In this document: one piece after another, positions 24,565-64,000 of the stretch
Position numbering within the stretch: position 1 is the stretch's first letter
How the letters are laid out: every line of letters begins with the position of its first letter
NCBI GenBank assembly: GCA_964035545.1
Contig: OZ037767.1
Location: 5,348,707-5,412,706, forward strand
DNA: 64,000 bases
Reading direction: 5' to 3'
Origin: Bugula neritina
Lineage: Eukaryota > Animalia > Bryozoa
Notes under the pieces: generated by a model
Told to the model about the DNA's origin: nothing
Databases searched by the model: none
What the model saw: the letters and a program-made list of their open reading frames with translations, nothing else
Position numbers and translations under genes: made by a program

Positions 24565-26679
24565 ATGATGTCTGTCAAGACAATGATGCTGTCTGTAATA
24601 TCTACAGCTTTACTGATTGGCTGCATTCAAGCCTATGGTAAGTTTGTGATTAATTGTAAACTATAATAAAATTAACTAGTCGCGTGCTTTTAAAGTACCT
24701 TGTTTTGTTTATTTACCTACAAGATATTTCTTATGGGTTTTGCAATTTGTTTTGTTTAAGATGTAATTAAATAGATTCCATAGTATCATAAATCAAATTG
24801 TTATATTTACTAATCTTCCTGTTTTAAATTGTTTTGAACAAACTTGCTGAGGACATAGGTGAGTAAGATCATAATCAGCTTTCTTAATGTTTTAGAATTT
24901 ATTACACTAAGCCTGCAATTATGATCAGCTTTTCCATAAATTTAAAAACCAATACTTGGTGGGAAAGGAGCATAAACATAAATTGTCTATAATAAACTTG
25001 CAGGCTAAGCTTTCAATTGCATTTTTATGCTCAAATTTCCTTTCTATCTAATAAAAAGCCAATAAGCATGGGTATTCTAGTGGTTAGAGCACAGGCTCAG
25101 TTATAAACACAAGGTCAGGGGCTCCAATCCCAGTAAAAGCCATTAGTAATATTAGGAAAGGCATTCAGTCATAATTGCTTCTATAATGTGCCACAATAAA
25201 AAGCAAGTCCTTAGTCTTTCTTTCCATGGGGAGGGGGGGTCTCACATGCAGTGATAGTGACTGCAAGCCCACAAAAGCATAATTTAAACATAATATACTG
25301 CTTTCTTAATAAGATATGCTATTCATTCCTACCGTCACACAATATCTGCTGGTATATATCGCTCATGCATGTTTATATTAAAAAAATGAAATAGAAGTAT
25401 GACTTATTTGCTTAAAGACTTAATTAATTATAAACTTATTTTCAGCTCAAAATTCTGTGGACAGATGCTTTCTAGACAAGAAAGTAGGACCTTGCAAGGC
25501 GTTAATACCACAATATTACTACAATGCTGGCAGTGGCCAATGTGAGCAGTTTTTCTATGGAGGGTGTAGAGGAAATGAGAATAGATTTAAGTGAGTAGTA
25601 CAATTGATTACAATATTCTTTATATGATTATATACTCACTCAGGCAAGTTTATAGTCATTATTCCTGTGAGAAACCTCTGATGAAAAGGGTTTTTGTTAA
25701 AGCGGGCTAAGGACTTATTCAAATGAGGCACAGGAGCAATTATGACTGGATGCTCTTCCTAACATCACCAATGGTCTTTGTTGGGGGGGGGGGTGGGGTT
25801 CGAACTTACGACTTTGAGTTCACAAAGCAAACGCTTTAACCCCTAGACCGTGGCTGCTCCCTTTTTTATACGATTATATATTACTCTAAATTACAAATTA
25901 ATGTAACGAGAGACTTTAGCTATAGCAAGTTATTATAGTAAATTACACTTTAGAGTTTAGATTAAGCATGTCAAATTGTAACTTTCCATTCTTCACACTG
26001 TACTGTGTGTATGCAAAACCTGTGTTATGATCTGTTTTGTTTCTTACATTTAAAAATTGGAATAAGTCTGAAATACATCAATCAGTGAAAAATAGTTTTT
26101 AAATTTGAACTCTTTCTAGATTATTCCTACTCCCACATCTGTCTACCATATATAGTAGACAGATGTGGGAGTAGGAATAATCTAGGTTTCAAATTAAAAC
26201 ACAAGCACAGTTATATATAACTGTGCTTGTGTTTTAATTTGAAACCTTTTTTAGTTCTGTAGAGGAGTGTGAGAGAAGATGTCCCAATCTGATTAGGAAA
26301 ATCTGTCGCCTTCCATCTGATAGTGGTCCCTGTGAAGCAGCAATATCAAAGTACTTTTACAATGCTGCCACAAAGAAGTGTGAGCAGTTCATTTATGGCG
26401 GCTGTCTGGGGAATGAAAACAGATTTGCGTATGTATAGCTATGTAATGTCTGCTTTATTTAGAGTTTAGACACTTCCACTCCTGTAAGTTCAGGCAGTTT
26501 AATAACTTTTATTTCAATCTGAGTGATGAAACTTTCATTTGAATTAAAAAGTTTTAGTCTTTCAAAATTTTAGTTGTTTTTTATATTATAGATAACTTTT
26601 GTAACAAAAATGGGATGACTGGCTTTTTCTTTTTTGTAGGACACTTGCAGAGTGTGAGAAGGTTTGCAGTCTCTACTAG
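24565..26679 (+). CDS. Secreted two-domain Kunitz/BPTI protease inhibitor, copy A (143 aa)
   Basis: Exons 24565-24637 (signal [25 protein letters not shown]), 25446-25590, 26255-26428 and 26640-26679. Domains [20 protein letters not shown]...[26 protein letters not shown] and [20 protein letters not shown]...[26 protein letters not shown]; all 12 Cys present. Confidence 0.93.
25069..25270 (+). mobile_element. tRNA-derived SINE copy (diverged) in Kunitz-A intron 1
   Basis: tctagtggttagagc head, ccaatccc B-box remnant, core cattagtaatattaggaaaggcattcagtcataattgct. Confidence 0.7.
25634..25861 (-). mobile_element. tRNA-derived SINE, full-length copy in Kunitz-A intron 2, absent from the paralogous intron
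   Basis: Reverse complement gggagcagccacggtctaggggttaaagcg...gttcgaacccc...cattggtgatgttaggaagagcatccagtcataattgctcctgtgcc...gagtgagt. Approximate TSD tttata(t/c)gattatata on both sides. Confidence 0.85.
26116..26247. repeat. Two abutting palindromes (70 bp with 1 mismatch; 64 bp perfect)
   Basis: 26116-26185 ctagattattcctactcccacatctgtctac-catatata-gtagacagatgtgggagtaggaataatctag; 26184-26247 aggtttcaaattaaaacacaagcacagttata|tataactgtgcttgtgttttaatttgaaacct. Confidence 0.95.
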
Positions 26680-27882
26680 ATTTGAAGGTCACTCAGCTAT
26701 CATAAGGTTTTCCATGCCTTCAACAATTAACATGCAGGAACTGTAATGCATACATGAAGAAACTAATATTGAAATTAGTTTTAAATTTAACAGTAAAACC
26801 TGCAACAGTGTTTTGATTTGAAGGTGTGAATACATTTACAGCCTGTTGACAAACTATTATTTTAGCCAGGGTGCTAAGTTACATTAGCCTTTATTACTGT
26901 GAATGAAGTAATCAAAGCTAATTGATTTTATAAGAGCAACCAAATTGACTATATATAATACAAATATTACATAATACAAAAGCTTTCCATAAGAATTGAC
27001 AACACCTGTACGACTAAATTTGATTTCTGTGACTAAAATTTGTCTTGCCACTTTTATAATGTTAATCCTAGTTATTTATTAATAACTTAAACGGAGATTC
27101 ACATCTTCTCCATAAAATAACTATAAGGATATCGGTATAAAAACTATTATGAGTTGCATTTCCTTATGCATAACATCCTTGGAAACAATGGTCTGGTGAT
27201 TAGATCACCAACTTAGACAACAATGCAGTGAATAATTCCAGTAAAGGTCATTGGTGATGCTAAGAAGGTCATTCAACTATAATACCATTTTCCGCCACAA
27301 CAGGAAACAAGTCCCTGACCCCTTGAAAAAAAATCTTTTTAAAGCTCAAGCATTTACAGCGCTTCAAGTTTATGCTAAATTTTATTTTGACCTGAGTGAT
27401 TAAAATTTTAGTTAAGCTTCAAAGCATTTCAGTGTTAATGTATTATTTTTGCTATTTTTATGAAAACAATTAGGACCGTAATTAGCATCTACAGGTGGAA
27501 AAATTAGTTGATATATATTATAATAAAATATCAATAGTGAGAAGTATATAAGGTAAGCTATCAACTACCTATAATTCACAAAAATTTAGGCTCTGCTTTT
27601 CTGATTGGACAAATGACAATTATTAAGATATTATTATCTGCTTAAAATAAAATAAAAATATAAATAACATGAAAATATCGCAATGATAATAATTATGTAA
27701 AAAGGATTCTTATAGATTTCTAAATAATTCTTTTTGTAAAGCTACTTCAACAAAATCATTCGCATTTATGTTTATATGATGAAAAAATAGATTATTAGTT
27801 CAAAAAAGTATATGATGTGAGTATACAAAGTAATGGCAGACAATAAAACCATTTACTAAGGTAGGTCAAGATTCTGAGCTTA

Positions 27883-27982
27883 TTATATATGTTGATGGTT
27901 TAGATTTGGAGATTGTTGACACTGTTGCCGTATAGTAACGGGAGGAGATTTCAGATTAAGTACAAGTCTGGTTTTAATGTCC
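27883..27982 (-). pseudogene. Duplicated copy of the terminal coding exon of the large membrane-protein gene (relic or alternative last exon)
   Basis: Intact acceptor tttcag|. Reads DIKTRLVLNLKSPPVTIRQQCQQSPNLNHQHI* versus DIKTRLVLNLKSPSVTTATGSTTSKSKTST* at 31414-31507; a 2-nt indel shifts the frame after ...VT. Confidence 0.75.
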
Positions 27983-28571
27983 CTGAAACACATGAAATGT
28001 ATGAGTTTAACTTTTTTAAGCCGATTTAAGTGAGTTTATGACAATTTTAAAAGCAGAAATATTGTTTTAAAATTTGGATCCAGAAAACAAGTTTTAAAAC
28101 AATTGCTAAGCAACGTTTTTAATCTTTTATCAAAACATATGATTTAGGTGATCTGATATCCTTTATTTTTATGTGTCAGTTAAGAGTCCGGCGGCTAGTT
28201 AGATATTCACTCAGCCTTTTCGCAAACGAGATTTGTTATGAAATTAGTATATGGAACAGGTGCCTATAAATTTGCAATGAAAATATGAAAAAAATGACAT
28301 TAATTGCGTAATATATTATAAACTAGTAGACAGTATAGTAATGACATTGCAGCACATAGATACTGCAGAAAACATTAAAGAAATTCAATCTTTGTTATTT
28401 TATCATCAATTACTCTTTTAACTAGGATATTATGGTCACGTGCTTATCTAACAAACATAAAGTATATATGTATATTAAGCCTGATGAATGCTATAAAGAC
28501 CTTAGAACAAGATAGTATATAAACAGCAGGAGTGTATAGAGTTAGAAACCTGTCACTAAAGCTGCACCTAC

Positions 28572-30101
28572 ATGATGTCTGTCAAGACAATGATGCTGTC
28601 TGTAATACCTACAACTTTACTAATTGGCTGTATTCAATTAGCTTATGGTAAGTTTGTGATGTAATTGTAAACTATAATATAATTACCAGCCGTGTGCTTT
28701 TAAAGCACCTTGTTTTATTAATTTACTAACAGGTATATCTTTAAAGGATTTGTAATTTGTTTTTTAAGATGTAATCAAATAGATTCAATAATACCAGAAA
28801 TCAATATTTTATATTGCAATTGCCAATAAAAACAAGTCTCTATAATAGCCTACTATAATAGGCTATATTGTAGGGATAGGGATAAAAGCAGTCTTTCTAT
28901 CACCTGGGTTTTCACAGGAATAGCGATTATGAGTCACATGAATTTTAAACATATATTATTACTTTTGATAACATATATGCTATTCATTCTTACCATCGCA
29001 ATAATATCTGTTGGTATCACTTATGCATGTGTATATTAAACTTGAGATAGAAGTGTGATATTTTTGCTTAAAAAATTTATAATAATAAGTACTAAACTTA
29101 GTTTCAGGTCAGGATCCTGTGAACAGATGTTCCTTGGATATGCAAGTAGGACCTTGCAAAGCGTACTTTCCACAATATTACTACAATGCTGACAGAGGCC
29201 AATGTGAACAGTTTTTCTATGGTGGGTGTGAAGGAATTGAAAATAAATTTAAGTGAGTATTTCAATTAATAACAATGTTATACTTTATATAGATATATTA
29301 CTATAAATTACTAATTAATGTAATGAGATACTAGCTAGAAAATTGTCATAGCAAAGTAAATTCTAGAAGCATGCAGCATATCAAGTTGTTGTTTCCCATT
29401 GCTACTACTATGCTGAGTGTATGCAAAAGTTGTGCTGTGATCTGCTGCTTTTGCCTTTAAAAATTAGGTTATTATTGGTCTGAAATACATCAGCGATGAT
29501 TGACAAAAAGTTTTTGAGTTTAAACTCTTTCTAGATTATTCTACTCCCACATCTGTTTATATACTGCAGCGATATTCTCCTATATATAACTGTACCATGT
29601 CTGAACAATATTGACTTGCATGCTAGCTGTATGCAAAATTGGAAAAGTAACACAAAAGTTAACGTTGTACTCACTATGTTTTTATTAAATTCCAATAATT
29701 TTTTTAGTACTTTAGAGGAATGTGAAAGCGCATTTCCAATTATATACATACGACTCTGCACTTTTCTACCTGATAGCGGTCCCTGTGATGACGCAATACC
29801 AATGTACTTTTTCAATGCTGGCACTAGACAGTGTGAGCAATTTATTTATGGCGGCTGTCTAGGGAATGAAAACAAATTTTCGTAAGTACTTAAAGTTTGT
29901 GCAGCTTGATTAGTTTTTTTATTTTAGTATGAGTAATAAAAATTTTATTTCAAATTAAATGATATTCACTTGTTCAAAATTTTAGTTATTCTTTACAGTA
30001 TACATAGATTTTAACTATGCAAAGCATGAGTAATTGTTTTATTTTCTTTTTTTAGAACACATGCAGACTGTGAGCGAGTTTGCGATTTCAAATACGGTTG
30101 A
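28572..30101 (+). CDS. Secreted two-domain Kunitz/BPTI protease inhibitor, copy B (146 aa; last Cys of domain 1 is Phe)
   Basis: Exons 28572-28647, 29108-29252, 29708-29881 and 30056-30101. CSLDMQVGPCKAYFPQYYYN...GGCEGIENKFNTLEECESAF; CTFLPDSGPCDDAIPMYFFN...[24 protein letters not shown]-like tatataaa at ~28516. Confidence 0.9.
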
Positions 30102-31413
30102 AGTGCACTCAGCTACCAATACCCCAACACTACACTTCTCTAAGTTTTCAACAATTAGCATGCACAAACTGCCTAATATATTCATGACAAAACTCATATT
30201 TAGCCTACGCTAGAATTATTATAAAATTCAACAGTAAAACCGGTAACCATGGTGCTTTGATTTGATGGTTTGAACAGTTTTGCAGTTTGTTAACAGAATG
30301 TCATATTGGCTAAAGTACTGATTGCTATGTTTGCTGGTTTTTGTTGCTGAATAAATGAATCAATACTAAAATAAATTTACAAGAGCAACCAGATTGATTA
30401 TTTATGAAATATTGCAATAGGTAAAACACAAAAGCTTTTAACACATGCATAACTTATAAGATTTGATTCATTTTACCAAATGTGTGTTGCCATTTTTACA
30501 ATGTTGATCCTATAGTTATTCAATAATAACTTCAAATGAGATTTACATCATCTCCATAGGACAACTATAGGATATCAATTTAAAGGGTATTAGGAGTTGC
30601 ATTTCCTTATGCATAGCATCTCTGGAAACAATGGTCTAGTGATTATAGAGCACCAACTTAGACAACAATGCAGTGAATGATCCCATAGTAAAGATCATTG
30701 GTCATGTGAAAAAGAGCATTCAATGAGAATTTTCTCTCATGCCACAATAAAAAGCAGGTCCTTGGCTTTTAGCTAAAAGTTAATGCTTTTTTTAGAACCC
30801 AGGTATGTACAGCGCTTCAGATGTTATAAATCTAAGTGATGAATGTTTTAGCTGATTTTCAAATTATTTCAGGGTTTTAAATTTTAGCTAACTTTTATGA
30901 AAACAAGTCTTTAGCCTCTATAGGTAAAAAGGAGATGAGAAATGTTTCTGTAACTTTTCAAATTGATAATTAATTCATGATAATGATGAGATAATATCAG
31001 CAGTGAAAATTAATTGAGCTGTCAACTACCTGATTCACAAGTGTTTGGGGACTTTCACTTTCGTGATTTGAAAAGGACAGCATATAAAATATAAATAATA
31101 ATAGTTTAACAATTTGCTTGGAAACAAAATAAAAAGTAAAAAAACCATGATAGATTATTACAATGATCATATCGCTTATATTGTAAAAGATTTTCCAGAT
31201 TTTCAGATAGATTTTTTTTGTAAAGCAAAATATCTCAGCAGTATAAATTTATCACAGTACGCACTACTCTGAAAAAGTTACTCACATTTGTGATTCTGTA
31301 ACAAAAAAATAGGTTGTTAACCCACAAAAATATATAATATATCATGGTTACAAAATAATGGCAGAAAATAAAATCATATACTAAAGTAGGTTAATATTAT
31401 CCAGATTATGATC

Positions 31414-60755
<29,342 letters not shown>

Positions 60756-62074
60756 AATAATGCTGGTTGCAATCTATCTTCTTGTAAAGTTTAAAATGCA
60801 AAGCTGCAGTTATATATTTTTAGGCGGCAGTTGATTTCCAATATACTAAGCAAATATTCAAACCCTAAACCAAATAACCTAGTGCATAAAATATTGATAA
60901 GAAACTGAAAGAGTTATGCATTATATTGGATATAGACAGTTTGAATAAGTCTCAAATTCTTCATCATATTGAATTTATATATTTGCAGTCTTGTATATAA
61001 ATAGCCACTACTTATGGGATAAAACAGCCTCAATGAATTATTTTGTTAAAAGAATAATTTAAGTAATTTATAACAATTTACACAAACTTTATCTCAGTTT
61101 GAAATACCCATACAATTTATGTTATAGCTATTATCACAGGGAGGTATAAATATAATATAAAAGTCACTAAAATTATATTATAGAACTGCAGTTTTCTGTA
61201 GTTTTCACTTCTTTTTAGAAAAAGTCTTGCAATTGGGCAAAAAATTTGGGGTTACGGGCATTTTTCAAAAGAAAAACTGTGATTACATTATAAAAACATG
61301 AATTGCCTATGGAACTATATTTTATCTAGAGTTTGCTGCAAGAGTTTTTTGTTCTATAAGCTTTAAGTAAAATATTGTTTGATGAAAGCTTTTTGTGAAG
61401 GCTTTTGCAATAGCTTTTTACTGGTAGCTTTTGTTTGATGAGCCAGTACCGCTCAAGAATTGAAAGAGGAAAGTTTGCTTTTGTTAAAGATGCAGGTAAC
61501 TTAATAGACTGTATTGTCCAAATAATTATTAAAGTTTTTCGAGAAATATGAACTGTTAGCATTAGGCAAATGGTTGAGTTTTGTCCTCCATCCATTCACT
61601 TTTCATTACGTAAATCACAGCATATATAGGCACCAGTGCTGTCACAGAATTCAAAGTATAACAGTATAACAGTTTTTGGGGAGCAATAAACTACGGTATG
61701 TGCAGTTAATCAAAGCAGTTATACTATTGTCTTATACAAAACTGTAAACCATGCAACAGATTAATCCTGTTTAGACTATTGCCTTGCCTTAATCCTCGTG
61801 ATCATTATTAGGAATCATACACAAATATAGCGTGAGTTTACGACTATTTTACAGTCTAAATTCTGAACCACATTAAGATGTTATGCAGAGATTTTAGTTA
61901 ACCTATTAATCTAATCCTTTTTTATACGAGATTACCAAAGGATAAATGGCTTTACTAAACGCCCAACCACTGTACACTTACATGCGACAGCCTAAAAGCA
62001 AATTAAGTATCATATTTATGGCTCTGCTAGTATAAGTTATCCAACTCTGTGTATATTTTTCTAGGCTACCAGAG

Positions 62075-62200
62075 GTTTGTAGTTGTTGGCAGTGGTTGCC
62101 AGTAGTTTACTGTGATTGACAGTGGTTTGCTGTAGATTACTGTAGATTACTGTGGATGACAGCAGTTTGCTGTAGATTGCAGTGGTTAGAAGTGGTTGCC
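62075..62200. repeat. Degenerate 10/30-bp periodic repeat
   Basis: agtggttgcc / agtagtttac / tgtagattac-type decamers in a ~30-bp cycle. Confidence 0.6.
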
Positions 62201-64000
62201 AAACTGTTTTAGTGGATAAGACAAGTAAGGAGTGGTTTCGATGCATGACAAAGTATCTAAGTACAATCGTCAGGTGATCTGAGAACTTCAGTTATAGATG
62301 CAGCAGCATGAACATTAACTGTATGGTAAGTGAAAACTTGGAGTTATATCATCCTACATTCTTACTAAAATTCAATTTTGGGCAAGGGTATAGGTGCAGT
62401 GAAGGAGAAATTGAAAAGATTCTGTGTTCTAGATTAAAAATTTAGCAAAATAAATAATGTTCTTGAAGGATTTTCAATTTGCGCCCCAAACCAAAATTTA
62501 TTAATAAAATTAAAAAACTTAGGCCATATCTCTATTTCTCTACTATTCTTTCTAAATGGAGCATAGACTAGCAGTTTTACCTGTCAGTCATTACGTCGCT
62601 AAATACTAAAACTAATCAATAAGTCTTTTAATTGGCTCAGGTTCCTTAAATGCTTAAATTTGAATCTAATATTGAATACGAGTTATACGACTTTATAGTT
62701 CATACAAAGTTGAATACATTTCAACCCTATAATATTATTATATTCAAAACTTATTGAATAACTTGTTAAAACCTGATTTCTTTGAATAATCATTAGTTGA
62801 CAGGACAAATGATGTGCCATCAACTTTGCTGATGTAGGATTAGAGTTGAAAATCAGTATAGTTCAATTGATTCTTATAGTTGGGTTGAATCATCTTTTAG
62901 TGGCTGTAGAAATGCTAAAATGTAGAAATGCTTTAAATGGTAAATTATTTTAATATTTAATGCTAGGAAAAAGTCTGAAAAACATGGCCTTTCAGAACTT
63001 ACCTTATTTTCCAGCTTGATTTATCACAAACTGTGCTTTGCATATTACTTCAGCTTCGAAGTTTATAAGATGAACATCCATGTTGCAGTCAGTCCAAGAA
63101 TCTGTTGAGAATTGTTTAATAGTATTAAGTAACTATAATACTTATACTTATATTCGCTATCATTCTTTGGTTTTACCGCCAAGTTGCTGCTTTAATGAAC
63201 TGCTACAGTATAGATAAGGTGTATAGAATATGCTAGCAGTAACACGAGAGTTGTCAGCTCATGCTCTAACCAATAGTTTTATCTCACGAACAGGTTTTAC
63301 AAGCAGGAAGTGAGGCAGATGTAAACTATTGTTTGTTGTTTTGCGCAGTAGAGGTTTCAGCCTGGCAAATTAAGCAGACTGTTTTCCAGCCAAAAACCCC
63401 ATTTATCAATTAGCAGTCATTTCTGATAATAACGACCACATCGGTGCCATTGTTGCTTAATGTTGATAAATAATATAGTTTGAAGATAATAAAAGTTACA
63501 ACATATCCACCAAATTTTAAGCTACTGATACTAGTAATTATAATCAATAATTATGATATTGTGGTGATGATGACAATTGATTAACCTGCAGGTGAAGCTG
63601 TACGTATTCATAATAACCAATTAATTCACCTGCACTAATTTCTTATAACAATTTCAGCCTAATATATGAAACAATGTTTTTAAATAATAAGCTAATATCT
63701 GTTCCTTTTTGAAGTAGCACTATAATATGTATACCAACCTAAATAAAGAAATAATAGTAATGTTTTCATCCATTATATACAATATCTTTCAACATTTTCT
63801 TGACAGTCTTGTGACAGGGAATAAAATGGCAAATATGAAATTTGACTTAATTTAATTCAGCAGTTTTAATACTGCAAAAAATATAAAAATACGTTTTCAA
63901 GCTAAGCCCAAAGTATGACTGACATCTAAAAATTTATTATAATTTAACTAAAGGTACAAATTAATTAAAATTCTAATTAATAATTAATTATAATTACCAT

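Noticed and set aside
61326-61700. 89-aa minus-strand ORF and upstream Cys-containing stretch
   Set aside because: No recognisable motif, interrupted by a stop, and no convincing splice partners.
63587-63634. Inverted repeat tgcaggtgaa...ttcacctgca
   Set aside because: Only 10-bp arms, single occurrence and no clear TSD; insufficient to call a MITE or structured RNA.

Overview
AT-rich, intron-rich eukaryotic genomic DNA from an invertebrate (lophotrochozoan-like; inference from the gene families and repeats). No prokaryotic features were found. I rebuilt gene models by hand from GT-AG junctions with consistent intron phase, and seven genes emerge, all encoding secreted or cell-surface proteins: (1) a 64-aa cationic defensin/CSab-like peptide missed by the ORF track (266-693,+); (2) a 14-exon, ~1091-aa protein, probably GPI-anchored, built of two copies of a PAN-PAN-X-FN3-like-FN3-like cassette (1336-11551,-); (3) a Toll-like receptor whose TIR domain is split by three introns (12806-17144,-); (4) a secreted PAN + C-type lectin (20391-23040,+); (5,6) two tandemly duplicated double-Kunitz protease inhibitors (24565-26679 and 28572-30101,+); (7) a very large multi-exon type I membrane protein with MAM-like, PAN-like and LamG-like modules, an N-glycosylated mucin repeat and TSP1 repeats (31414-60755,-; 5' exons only partly resolved). 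A tRNA-derived SINE family, microsatellites and minisatellites are interspersed. The window reads as a candidate innate-immunity or extracellular-recognition cluster. It shows local duplication signatures: one homogenised exon pair, a duplicated and frameshifted terminal exon, and a double palindrome. Domain names come from motif recognition by eye, not database searches.
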